A stretch of DNA of 64,000 bases, taken from an uncultured bacterium (lineage in GTDB: Bacteria > Krumholzibacteriota > Krumholzibacteriia > LZORAL124-64-63). Positions 51,997 to 61,289 of this stretch are shown here, piece after piece (the stretch's first letter is position 1; each line of letters begins with the position of its first letter). Location of the stretch: contig CAVSZB010000005.1 of the NCBI GenBank assembly GCA_963732385.1, forward strand, positions 1-64,000, read 5' to 3'. The translations under genes were made by a program, and so were the position numbers. A model generated the notes under the pieces. The model did no database searches. It saw only the letters and a list, made by a program, of their open reading frames with translations, and had not been told where the DNA came from.

Positions 51997-52339
51997 CTTA
52001 CTGGGCGGAGGACTTGTTCCCAACCCAGCTTCGATCGTAAGGCCGGCGGGCAGCGTGCTCTCGCCATTTATTGCCCAGGACGCTGCTAGGATTGCCGAGA
52101 TGGCTTCGAGTCACCCGTCCGCAAGCACTTCAACACGCTGATGGCCGTGCTCATGTCGAGCCGGAACATCTGCGGAACGCAAAGCCCCAGCCAACCTACG
52201 AGGGCAGTTGATTGCAGCCAGCCCTATAGATTTACACTGCCATGCGCTTAGACTATGCTGGTTCAGCCTTGTGGGCCAGGGGGGCCAGCGGGCTCCGTTG
52301 CAGTCACCTGATTCATGTTAACCACCGTGGGAGTGGGCA

Positions 52340-53056
52340 GTGTTTCATTGGATGATGTCGCCGCTTTCCCGACATGTCGACGGGGGCTTCGGCGCCATCG
52401 GAGACGCCTACAAGCGCGCCGCCGACAACCTGGATGAACCCGCTTCCTTAGCGAACCCGAATGGCCACTTGCCGGTGAACTTTTTGCGCCGGCATGCGAT
52501 CGAGCTCTTCCTCAAATCGATGATTATGGTGCTGCATCGTTGCTTGAGCGATCCGCAAGACGAGCGCGACGGAGATGCAATGCCGGAAATACAGGTCGAT
52601 GGTCGGTCGACACCCCTGTCACGCATCCATCGTATCCAGGCGCTTTTCGACTACTTTATGCAGTTGGCTACGTCTAACCGAGATCGATTTCTGGATGCCG
52701 ACAAGACGGACTGGGCTAAAGTTCCGAGCGAGCTCGCCGGCTGGATAGCCGCGATTGAACGAGCAGACGCATCAAGTACTTTCTTCCGCTATCCTGAGCC
52801 GCCCAACCGTGCCGCCGTGACAGACAAGTCCGCATGGCGCGAGGTGCATCCGGAAGACATCGATGCACGGCTGAGCAGGCCAGGTCGTAGCCCTACTGGG
52901 CTCTTCATTCTCATGGGCGAGGACGAATGCGTGCGGCTTGCTTGCGCGCACGAAGGACTTCCGCTCCAGGAACTGTCATTGTCGCTGAAGCAGGCCACCG
53001 AGATGTTGTCAGGCGCTCATATCGGACTTAGGGCCGAACTTGCAGGAGGGTGGTAG
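52340..53056 (+). CDS. Hypothetical protein, HEPN-like
   Basis: RHAIELFLKS...HRIQALF...FFRYP resembles the HEPN ExxLK/HxL/RYP pattern; lower GC. Confidence 0.5.
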   Translation: MFHWMMSPLSRHVDGGFGAIGDAYKRAADNLDEPASLANPNGHLPVNFLRRHAIELFLKSMIMVLHRCLSDPQDERDGDAMPEIQVDGRSTPLSRIHRIQALFDYFMQLATSNRDRFLDADKTDWAKVPSELAGWIAAIERADASSTFFRYPEPPNRAAVTDKSAWREVHPEDIDARLSRPGRSPTGLFILMGEDECVRLACAHEGLPLQELSLSLKQATEMLSGAHIGLRAELAGGW

Positions 53057-53297
53057 TGGCCGAGAATAGCAGCATCAACGAACCGAAGGCACCGCCAGGC
53101 GATTGACCTGCGCCAGGCCAGCGCCAATCCGGCTTCGCAAGCCTTTCTTGCGAGCCATTCGCTACGTAGGTCAGAACAAGCAGAGTACCACAACCGCCCT
53201 TCGCGAATGTAAGTGCTGACATCGCAAATTACGGCGGCAGCCACCAAGTTGGATGGAATCCCGCAATCCAACAGGCACCATTCAAGGAGCATGCTGA

Positions 53298-54395
53298 GTG
53301 GAGATCGCAAAGAAACTGACTCCCACCACAAAAACTATCGACGAACTAACCGAATTGTTCGACAACGGGCGCCTCGACCTAACGCCGGACTTTCAGAGAA
53401 ACTCCGTCTGGCCTGGCCCGGCTAAAGCATATCTTGTCGACACCATCCTCAACGACATGCCAATCCCCCTCCTCTTCCTCACTCGAGAGAAGGACACCAA
53501 TTCCAATCGCCTTCGATACCGTGTGATTGACGGGCAACAAAGAATTCGTGCCGCCATGGCTTTTCTTCACAATAGGTTCCCGATACCAAATCAATATAAC
53601 CTTCAGCGCCCCAACGGCACCAAGTTCAAGCGCGTCCGGTTCCGCAATCTCTCTGAAGCGCTCAAGGAGCGCTTCATTGGGTACAGCTTCGTTGTATCTG
53701 AGCTAAGCGGATTCACGGATGAGGAGTTGCGGGACATATTTGTTCGAATCAACAAGTATGTAGTGCGCCTCAATCCCCAGGAGTTGCGGGACGCAAAGGC
53801 ACCAGGCCCCTTTAGGCACTTCATCGACCAGTGTTCGCAGCGTGACATCTGGAACAAGGTCGGCATTTTCACTGGCAAGAATCGCGACCGGAAGCGCGAC
53901 AAGGAGTTCATCGCTGAGTTGGCGATTCTTCTTCTCGATGGGCCGCAAGACAAGAAGGGCTCACTCGATCTCTATTACGCAGCAGTGCCCGATCAATTTT
54001 CTGGCGACGACCTCCAAGATGACCTTATCGGAACGGCCGAGACGATTCACCAGTTGCTAGGAGCAAGCCCCCCTTCAACTCTAATTCGCCTACCTGTGTT
54101 TTATGGGCTGGTCGGCGCAATCTACAATATTCGATCAGACGAGGACGATGCGAAGAGGCTAGATGCGTCACTAACGGAAGCATATGATGCACTGGAAGAA
54201 TTGTCCGACTTGGCAGATGACGTCGCTAAGGATGGTGCGGTTCCACCGGCAGACCTCACAGAGGAAGCGAAAGCCCGCCGCACTGACGCAGGGATATTTC
54301 GTCGTTCCATCAGCCAGCAGACCGACAATGTTCGGCCTCGCACTGCGTGCATCGAGGTCCTTGAGCGCGTGATTCGATCTGCATTCGTTGAGTAG
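53298..54395 (+). CDS. DUF262 (ParB/Srx-like, GmrSD N-terminal) domain protein
   Basis: PDFQRNSVW, DTILNDMPIP, VIDGQQR, FVRINK...LNPQELR. Confidence 0.88.
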   Translation: MEIAKKLTPTTKTIDELTELFDNGRLDLTPDFQRNSVWPGPAKAYLVDTILNDMPIPLLFLTREKDTNSNRLRYRVIDGQQRIRAAMAFLHNRFPIPNQYNLQRPNGTKFKRVRFRNLSEALKERFIGYSFVVSELSGFTDEELRDIFVRINKYVVRLNPQELRDAKAPGPFRHFIDQCSQRDIWNKVGIFTGKNRDRKRDKEFIAELAILLLDGPQDKKGSLDLYYAAVPDQFSGDDLQDDLIGTAETIHQLLGASPPSTLIRLPVFYGLVGAIYNIRSDEDDAKRLDASLTEAYDALEELSDLADDVAKDGAVPPADLTEEAKARRTDAGIFRRSISQQTDNVRPRTACIEVLERVIRSAFVE

Positions 54396-54400
54396 ATGTC

Positions 54401-55396
54401 GTGCAAGACTTCATCAATCGTTACGAAGAAACCAGAGACCGCTTGGAAAGGGCAGCCCCTCGTCTTGAGGAGCAGTTAAAGACTGCTCTAAGAGATCACC
54501 GCATTCTCTTTCTTGCGGTTTCTGTACGCGTGAAGACTCTCGAGTCGGCGCTGCGCAAAATCAGCAAGAAGAAGTACAGCGATCCCTGGCAACAGATGAT
54601 GGACTTGATCGCTGGGAGAATCTTTACCTATTTTCGACCGGACGCCACCCAAGTGGAATCAGTTATCAGAGACTATTTTGATGTTCACGAGGAACACTCC
54701 AAGAACAAGTCAGATGATCTTGAATTCAACAAGTTCGGCTACACATCCAGACACTTGGTATGTTCTCTGCGCGAGCGGTTTCCCGACCTTCGATTGAAGT
54801 CTCTAATTCCGGAAGGGATGATGTTCGAGCTTCAGATCCGATCCGTCCTTGAACATGGATGGGCTGAGATAGAGCACGAACTGGTCTACAAGTCCGGTAC
54901 GGAACCTCCAGACGCTATCCGAAGAAGATTTGCTGCCTCTGCGGCCGCACTGGAAATAGTCGAGCGCGAGTTCGACAGCCTTCGCGACTTTGAATTTCAA
55001 ATGGCGGTGGATAGGTCGTTAGTCATTTCTGGCAATCTTGGTGCTCCCCTAGATAGGGCTTGGTTTATCGCCGTGCTGATGCGGGAATATCCTAGTCGCA
55101 GCACTTGGAGTCCCGATCCGCAGAAGAATGTCTTCTTCCGCAGTTATGAGCTCGTGCTCATCGAATCGCTTCGAGCGGTCGGTGTATCTACTGTTCGGGA
55201 CTTTCTCAACAGGCTTCGCAAGCCAAAGCCTAGAAGAATGGTTCGCGAGTACGCTAAGAAGCGAGGGATACTCGAGGCCGACGTTTCTCATCTTCCAATC
55301 GCGATCTTCGCGACGTTTTATGACTCTGCGATCTCCATACCTGGAGAAATCAAACAAGTTGCTGACTCCACCATGCGCGAGCTACTGGCTTTATAG
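54401..55396 (+). CDS. RelA/SpoT-domain small alarmone synthetase with C-terminal extension
   Basis: RVKTLESALRK, DLIAGRI, GYTSRH, ELQIRSVLEHGWAEIEHELVYK. Confidence 0.9.
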   Translation: MQDFINRYEETRDRLERAAPRLEEQLKTALRDHRILFLAVSVRVKTLESALRKISKKKYSDPWQQMMDLIAGRIFTYFRPDATQVESVIRDYFDVHEEHSKNKSDDLEFNKFGYTSRHLVCSLRERFPDLRLKSLIPEGMMFELQIRSVLEHGWAEIEHELVYKSGTEPPDAIRRRFAASAAALEIVEREFDSLRDFEFQMAVDRSLVISGNLGAPLDRAWFIAVLMREYPSRSTWSPDPQKNVFFRSYELVLIESLRAVGVSTVRDFLNRLRKPKPRRMVREYAKKRGILEADVSHLPIAIFATFYDSAISIPGEIKQVADSTMRELLAL

Positions 55397-55486
55397 CGGA
55401 GAAAGCCCCCACACGTGGTGCGAGGAGCTGCCTCACTCTACGATCGGCTCCTGAGGTGGAACCGTGTCCTCGCGGCATAAGATCTC

Positions 55487-55990
55487 TCTGGAGGCCTGCT
55501 TGAAACGAACCAGACGATCGGGCAGTCGCTGGGGCTGACGGCAAGGCAGATGCGGATCGGGCGGGTGACGGTGGCCATGCGGTACGAGGCGAAGGGTGGG
55601 GAGTATTCGCGGAAGTTCAGCCACTATGAGATCTCGCAGCAGCTCAAGTTCATCGAGGAGGATGTGGCGCGGTACGATGAGTTTCGGGAGGTGCTCCTGG
55701 GAGTGCCGGGGTTGCAGGTGAATCAAGAGTTCGAGGCGAGCGGGGCGGAGTCGGCGAAGAACGACATGATGATCGAGGCACTGCGGTCGGCCAGACGGAA
55801 GGCGGAGGCGCTGGCGGCGGTCGTGGGAGCCAATGTCGGGCGGGCGATTTCGATCAGCGAGTTCAAGCCCAATCCGACGGATCGCGACATCGACACCGTG
55901 GCCTTTCTGCGCGGAGTGCCGTTCCGCGGCCCCGAGCCGGACGGGATCGAGATCCGGGGGCGGATCTACGCCGTGTTCGAACTCGAGTAG
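55487..55990 (+). pseudogene. 5'-truncated SIMPL (DUF541) gene copy
   Basis: Matches the 3' part of 57887-58570; lacks signal peptide and N-terminal region; in-frame stop at 55478-55480. Confidence 0.75.
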
Positions 55991-55998
55991 GCAGCGGG
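55546..55998 (+). repeat. Direct repeat copy 1 (~453 bp)
   Basis: Near-identical to 58126-58578 (3 mismatches seen). Confidence 0.95.
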
Positions 55999-56068
55999 CG
56001 GCGTCGCTGCCCGATCTGGTGATCTTGCCGGCAGGAGCGGACGGCGGACATTCCAAGGAGGGCACGGC

Positions 56069-57769
56069 ATGACCGCCGAGGAGCTCGCGAGGCTGATCGA
56101 GGCCGGCGAAACGCTTGCGATCGAGTTCAAGGGCGAGGAGCGTGAGGGCCTCTCGGATGCCGAACTGGTGGAGACGGTTGTCTGCCTCGCCAACAGGCCG
56201 GGTGGTGCCGATGCAGCATGGTTGCTCGTCGGCGTCGAGGACGACGGCCGCGTGACGGGCGCGCGCCGGCGACATGCCGACCGCACCGATCCCAATAGGC
56301 TGCAGGCACTTGTGGCGAACCGGACGAGGCCGGCGCTGTCGGTGCGAGTTGACGTGATCGATATCGAGGGCAAGCAAGTCGTTGTCATCGACGTGCCTTT
56401 CGCCCGCTCGCCGGTCGGGACGACGGATGGCAAGTACGTGCGCCGGGCGCTGGGCGGCGACGGTCGACCGGCATGCGTGCCCATGCACTTTCACGAGATG
56501 CAATCGCACCAGGCCGATCGCGGCCTGCTCGATCATTCCGCGCTCGCGCTGCCGGACGCTCGCTGGCAGGATCTCGACCCGCTCGAATTCGAGCGTTTTC
56601 GCCGCTTCGTGCGCGAGAGTCAGGGCCGAGGCGATGCGAGCCTCGTGGAGTTGGCGGATATCGAGCTTGCCAAGGCGCTGGGCGCCGTGCAGGCCAACCA
56701 TGACGTGTCTGCCGTGCACGTGCTTGGCCTGCTGCTCTTCGGCCGCGAAGAGGCGCTGCGCCGGCTGCTGCCGACTCATGAGGTCGCCTTCCAGGTTCTG
56801 TCGGGCCAGAAGGTGGAGGTCAACGACTTCTTCCGCTGGCCGCTGCTGCGTGTCGTGGATGAGCTGCTGGCGCGATTCCGGGCTCGCAATCGGGAGGAAG
56901 AACTGCTGGTCGGCATGCTGCGGATCGCCGTGCCCGATTACGCCCCCGCTGCCTTTCGGGAGGGGGCTGCGAACGCCCTGATCCACCGCGACTACACTCG
57001 GCTCGGCGCCGTGCATGTGCAGTGGCGCGAGGACAGCATCGAGATCGCCAATCCCGGAGGCTTCCCGGAGGGGGTCCGCCTCGACAATCTGCTGGTCACC
57101 CAGCCGCGGCCCCGCAATCCCCTCCTGGCCGATGCGTTCAAGCGCGCCGGCATCGTCGAGCGCACCGCTCGTGGCATCGACACCATCTTCCACGAGCAGC
57201 TTCGCAACGGCCGTCCGGCGCCGAACTACGGGCGCAGCAACGAGAGCGGGGTCGTGCTTGTCCTGCCGGGTGGCAAGGCCAATCTGGCCTTCGCGCGTCT
57301 CGTCGCCGAAGAGAGCCAGGCCGCCCGCCCCCTGTCCTTGGATGACCTGTTGCTCCTCAACCACCTCTGGCTGGAGCGCCGCCTGAGTACGACCGAGTCC
57401 GCAGTGCTGATACAGAAACCCGAGGCGGAGGCGCGGACCCGCCTTCAGCGCCTGGTCGAAGCGGGACTCGTCGAAGCGCGCGGCGAGCGCAAGGGCCGGA
57501 CCTGGCACCTCTCGGCTCCCGCCTACCGGCGCCTTGGGGAGCCTGGCGCCTACGTCCGCCAGCGCGGATTCGAACCGCTCCAGCAGGAGCAGATGGTGCA
57601 GCAATTCGTGGAAAAGCACGGTTCCATCAGCCGCGCCCAGGTGGCCGAGCTTTGCCGGCTCACCCCTCCGCAGGCCTATCGATTGCTCCAACGGCTTGCA
57701 AAGAAAGAACTTCTGTCTCGGCTGGGCTCTCGGGGGCGGGCCGTCCGCTACGGGCTGAAGGCACGATGA
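56069..57769 (+). CDS. AlbA_2 (Schlafen-like) + RecG C-terminal (HATPase_c_4) + HTH protein
   Basis: IEFKGE...CLAN...LLVGVEDDG; REGAANALIHRDY, NPGG, PRNPLLA, RGID; C-terminal HTHs. Confidence 0.88.
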   Translation: MTAEELARLIEAGETLAIEFKGEEREGLSDAELVETVVCLANRPGGADAAWLLVGVEDDGRVTGARRRHADRTDPNRLQALVANRTRPALSVRVDVIDIEGKQVVVIDVPFARSPVGTTDGKYVRRALGGDGRPACVPMHFHEMQSHQADRGLLDHSALALPDARWQDLDPLEFERFRRFVRESQGRGDASLVELADIELAKALGAVQANHDVSAVHVLGLLLFGREEALRRLLPTHEVAFQVLSGQKVEVNDFFRWPLLRVVDELLARFRARNREEELLVGMLRIAVPDYAPAAFREGAANALIHRDYTRLGAVHVQWREDSIEIANPGGFPEGVRLDNLLVTQPRPRNPLLADAFKRAGIVERTARGIDTIFHEQLRNGRPAPNYGRSNESGVVLVLPGGKANLAFARLVAEESQAARPLSLDDLLLLNHLWLERRLSTTESAVLIQKPEAEARTRLQRLVEAGLVEARGERKGRTWHLSAPAYRRLGEPGAYVRQRGFEPLQQEQMVQQFVEKHGSISRAQVAELCRLTPPQAYRLLQRLAKKELLSRLGSRGRAVRYGLKAR

Positions 57770-57886
57770 AAACACACATCGTGGCACAGAAACGCACGCG
57801 TGCATTGAAAACGCACGAAGTCGACAATGCGGCGCAATGGGCGAGCGCGCATTTGGACGCACCTCCTCGCCCAAAGGAGAATCGCC

Positions 57887-58570
57887 ATGCGATCCCTGTC
57901 ATTCCTGATTCTGCTGGCGTGCATCGTGACAGCCCCGACTCTGGCTTCGAGCGCCGGGACCATCACCGTCATGGGCGACGCGTCGACGGTGGTCGGCGCG
58001 GACCGCGTCATCTGGAAGCTGTCGGTGACGACGAAGGACACGAAGCTGGAGCAGGCGACGGCGCAGGCTGATGGGCTGCTGTCCCAGGCGGTGACTATCG
58101 GGGAGTCGCTTGGGCTGGCGAAGGAGCAGATGCGGATCGGGCGGGTGACGATGGCCATGCGGTACGAGGCGAAGGGTGGGGAGTATTCGCGGAAGTTCAG
58201 CCACTATGAGATCTCGCAGCAGCTCAAGTTCATCGAGGAGGATGTGGCGCGGTACGATGAGTTTCGGGAGGTGCTCCTGGGAGTGCCGGGGTTGCAGGTG
58301 AATCAAGAGTTCGAGGCGAGCGGGGCGGAGTCGGCGAAGAACGACATGATGATCGAGGCACTGCGGTCGGCCAGACGGAAGGCGGAGGCGCTGGCGGCGG
58401 TCGTGGGAGCCAAGGTCGGGCGGGCGATTTCGATCAGCGAGTTCAAGCCCAATCCGACGGATCGCGACATCGACACCGTGGCCTTTCTGCGCGGAGTGCC
58501 GTTCCGCGGCCCCGAGCCGGACGGGATCGAGATCCGGGGACGGATCTACGCCGTGTTCGAACTCGAGTAG
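57887..58570 (+). CDS. SIMPL (DUF541) domain periplasmic protein
   Basis: RBS AAGGAG, signal peptide, TITVMG, ARRKAEALA...GRAISISE, VFEL end. Confidence 0.8.
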   Translation: MRSLSFLILLACIVTAPTLASSAGTITVMGDASTVVGADRVIWKLSVTTKDTKLEQATAQADGLLSQAVTIGESLGLAKEQMRIGRVTMAMRYEAKGGEYSRKFSHYEISQQLKFIEEDVARYDEFREVLLGVPGLQVNQEFEASGAESAKNDMMIEALRSARRKAEALAAVVGAKVGRAISISEFKPNPTDRDIDTVAFLRGVPFRGPEPDGIEIRGRIYAVFELE

Positions 58571-58578
58571 GCAGCGGG
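58126..58578 (+). repeat. Direct repeat copy 2 (~453 bp)
   Basis: Near-identical to 55546-55998, offset 2580 bp. Confidence 0.95.
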
Positions 58579-58580
58579 AC

Positions 58581-58802
58581 ATGGCACGCAAGGGATTCCA
58601 TAAGGCGCAGAAGAGCATCGAGGTCTCGGTCGGGGAATCGGTACGTATCATTCGGGAGTTGCAGGAGCTGAGCCAGAATGAGCTGGCAGAGCTTTCTGGA
58701 ATTCCGCAGTCGACGATTTCTGCGATCGAGAACGATCGTGTCAGTCTTGGCAATGATCGACGCCCAGGGCGCGGCCCCCCAACGTGGCTCGCAGCAGGTT
58801 GA
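58581..58802 (+). pseudogene. XRE-family HTH protein, probably 3'-truncated
   Basis: RELQELSQNELAELSGIPQSTISAIEND then non-HTH-like tail. Confidence 0.6.
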
Positions 58803-58889
58803 TTCCCTGAGCACTTGAACATCGGCTTTACCCGCACCGCCAGGAATCGATGAGGCGCTGCCCCAGCCGCTACAGAGACGGGAGGTTCC

Positions 58890-59978
58890 GTGTTGTCCGA
58901 CCTGTCCGCACTTGAACGGATCGGCTATTCACCGCGCTGGCAGGCGCTTTTCGCGCCTCATGTCGCGGGGGGGCTGACGGCCGCGCGTGTCATTCGCTGC
59001 GATCGTGGGGGCGTGCTGGTCGCGACGGTGGGCGGGATTCTGCGGGCGAGGCTGTCCACCCGGCTTCAGAAGGCGGCGGGAGGCCCGGCGGATCTGCCGG
59101 CGGTGGGCGATTGGGTCGCCGTGCTGGCTCCGGGGGACCTGGATGCGGCGCTCATCGACGTGGTGCTCGAGCGGGCGAGCGCCATCACGCGCGGGGATCC
59201 GGGGAAGACGTCCAACGTCCAGGTGCTGGTCGCGAACATCGACATCGTGTTTGTCGTGCAGCCGATCGCCGGGGCGCCGAATCTGCGCCGCATCGAGCGC
59301 GAGCTGTCCGTGGCGTGGGAGTCGGGGGCGCTGCCGGTGGTGGTGCTCACCAAGGCGGACCTGTCGGACGATCCGGAGGGGGCGCGGGCGGCGGTCGAGG
59401 CGATCGCGCCGGGGGCGGACGTGCATGCGCTGAATGCGCTGGCCGGAGAGGGCGTTGAGCCCCTTCTCGCCTATGTCTCGGGGCATCGCACCGCCGTTCT
59501 GATCGGGCCGTCGGGCGCGGGGAAGTCGACGCTGGTCAACGCGCTGCTCGGCGAGCGACGGCAGACCACGCGCGAGGTGCGGCTGAGCGACGGGCGGGGA
59601 CGCCACGCGACGGTGGCGCGCGAGCTGATCGAGCTGCCGGGGGGCGGCGTGCTCATCGACACGCCGGGGCTGCGTGAGCTTGGGCTGACCGGGTCGGAGG
59701 AAGGGATCGCGGCGGCCTTCCCTGAGATTGAGGCGGCCGCGCAGGCGTGCCGGTTCCGCGACTGTGCGCACGGTGATGAGCCGGACTGCGCCGTCCGGGC
59801 AGCCGTCGAGTCGGGCGCGCTGTCGGCCGAGCGACTGGCGAGCTACCACAAGCTGGTGCGGGAGGCGCAGCTCGCGGCGGCGAAAACGGACGTACGGCTG
59901 CGCTCGGAAGAGAAGCGCAAGTCGAAGGTCTTTGGCCGGGCGGTCAAAGAGTTCCACAGGCGGGGCGGGCGCGACTAG
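58890..59978 (+). CDS. rsgA: Ribosome small subunit-dependent GTPase A
   Basis: PAVGDWV, VANID, TKADL, GPSGAGKSTLVN, DTPGLRE, CRFRDCAHGDEPDC. Confidence 0.93.
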   Translation: MLSDLSALERIGYSPRWQALFAPHVAGGLTAARVIRCDRGGVLVATVGGILRARLSTRLQKAAGGPADLPAVGDWVAVLAPGDLDAALIDVVLERASAITRGDPGKTSNVQVLVANIDIVFVVQPIAGAPNLRRIERELSVAWESGALPVVVLTKADLSDDPEGARAAVEAIAPGADVHALNALAGEGVEPLLAYVSGHRTAVLIGPSGAGKSTLVNALLGERRQTTREVRLSDGRGRHATVARELIELPGGGVLIDTPGLRELGLTGSEEGIAAAFPEIEAAAQACRFRDCAHGDEPDCAVRAAVESGALSAERLASYHKLVREAQLAAAKTDVRLRSEEKRKSKVFGRAVKEFHRRGGRD

Positions 59979-60024
59979 GTGATCCCCGTGGTCCGCTCCC
60001 CCACGCCCGCCCCTGATCCGGCGA

Positions 60025-60816
60025 TCACTCCGGGATCATTCGGGGCAGCACGCCTCCGGGGCGGCCGAAGTGGGGAACGGTGTCGCCTCCATCCACCGGG
60101 TCGGGGCTCACGAAATTTCGTTTCGAAGCTGAGAAGTACAGGCATCCGGATTCGGCCGGCGGGCGACTCCGCACGAAGGCCTCGGCCTCCTGCAGCGCAG
60201 CGATCCAGGTCGCCTTGAGCTGGACGAGGTCGATCGGGACCGCCAGATCGAGGTGCGCCAGGTCCTCCGGCCGGACCCTGCCCCGTCGTCGGAGCATCTC
60301 CAGCAACGAGAGCGGCGCGTAGCCGGGGTCCTTGCCCACGGCGGCCCACACCAGGGCTCCGAGCGGCAGGACGTTTTCGTGCAGATAGACGGTGTCGAGC
60401 AGGTCCCGCGGTTCGTCGCGCCCGGCGAGGGCCAGGACCTTGTTGGTCGCCAGATCGATCGGGTGGAGCTGGTAACCGAACTCGTCACTGCGCATGACCG
60501 GCATGAAACGCCAGGCCGAGTCCTGGGCCCACTCGATTTTCGTCGCGGTCTCGCCCTGGCAGACGATGGCTCGGATATGGCCCGGCTGGCTGATCTCCGT
60601 TTCCACATTGTAGCCGTTCGCCACGAGGGTGCCGTGATCAGCCGCGAAGGCCGAGGCCACGCGGACGGCGCTGTCGTGGAAGTAGTCGAGGTCGTGGCTG
60701 AATCGGTGGGTGTTGGGGGCCACCAGAATGGCCGCCGCACCGGCGAGATAGCTGTGCTCACTGCGGTTCGTCGCGAGCAGGCGTCCCAGCCGGGCCTGGA
60801 AATCAGTCAGCGGCAC
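60025..60816 (-). CDS. AbiEii-like nucleotidyltransferase (type IV TA toxin-like)
   Basis: YLAGAAAI...RFSHDLDYF; NKVLALAGRDEPRDLLD. Confidence 0.75.
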   Translation of the reverse strand: MPLTDFQARLGRLLATNRSEHSYLAGAAAILVAPNTHRFSHDLDYFHDSAVRVASAFAADHGTLVANGYNVETEISQPGHIRAIVCQGETATKIEWAQDSAWRFMPVMRSDEFGYQLHPIDLATNKVLALAGRDEPRDLLDTVYLHENVLPLGALVWAAVGKDPGYAPLSLLEMLRRRGRVRPEDLAHLDLAVPIDLVQLKATWIAALQEAEAFVRSRPPAESGCLYFSASKRNFVSPDPVDGGDTVPHFGRPGGVLPRMIPE

Positions 60817-61073
60817 AGCTGAGCCCCTTTCTCCCAGGCGTGGCGGCCGCCGTGCCGCATCAGTTGCTCGGCGACCCAGGCCACGTCGGCGGCGCCGATC
60901 TCGAGATCAGGCGGACAGGACCAGAAGCAACGGGCGTGATAGGTGCGATAGGCCCGGCGCGCCTCGCGTACCCGGACCATGGCCCGGGCTTGCGCCGGCG
61001 CAAGTTCACGGCGGCTGTTGCGGCCGCCCCGGCTGCCGATCTGAGCGAGGTACCTGCGGACTGGAGTCTTCAT
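60807..61073 (-). CDS. Small basic protein, putative antitoxin/regulator
   Basis: 88 aa MKTPVRRYLAQIGSRGG...; overlaps the start of the nucleotidyltransferase gene. Confidence 0.7.
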   Translation of the reverse strand: MKTPVRRYLAQIGSRGGRNSRRELAPAQARAMVRVREARRAYRTYHARCFWSCPPDLEIGAADVAWVAEQLMRHGGRHAWEKGAQLCR

Positions 61074-61080
61074 GGAATAT

Positions 61081-61109
61081 ATCATAAGCGGCTTATGATC
61101 TAACGTCAA
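61081..61109 (-). promoter_or_regulatory. sigma70 promoter with overlapping palindromic operator (leaderless)
   Basis: TTGACG, 17 bp, TATGAT ending 7 nt before ATG; perfect IR ATCATAAGC-G-GCTTATGAT at 61081-61099. Confidence 0.75.
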
Positions 61110-61289
61110 TGTATGAATATTGTTATATGAATAGTATAGCTCATTTTCAGAATCCGCTCGCCCCCGTGCGTCGAGGGGGCCACCAGCCCGCGATTCACAG
61201 CGGATGGATCGCACAAAGCGTCTGGCGCTGGTCGATTCGGGGCGGAAGGCGTTAGACTCAGGGAACAACTCTCGCACCGGGAGGAAGCG

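Noticed and set aside
51930..52340. tRNA/att site or integrase at the island boundary
   Set aside because: No cloverleaf, att repeat or recombinase recognisable
53131..53156. Imperfect hairpin as integron attC site
   Set aside because: Lacks RYYYAAC/GTTRRRY boxes; no integron integrase
55546..58578. DGR template/variable repeat pair
   Set aside because: No reverse transcriptase; only three differences, one not at an adenine
61140..61289. Cobalamin or SAM riboswitch before the corrinoid operon
   Set aside because: Conserved riboswitch motifs not found by eye; an Rfam/Infernal scan would be decisive
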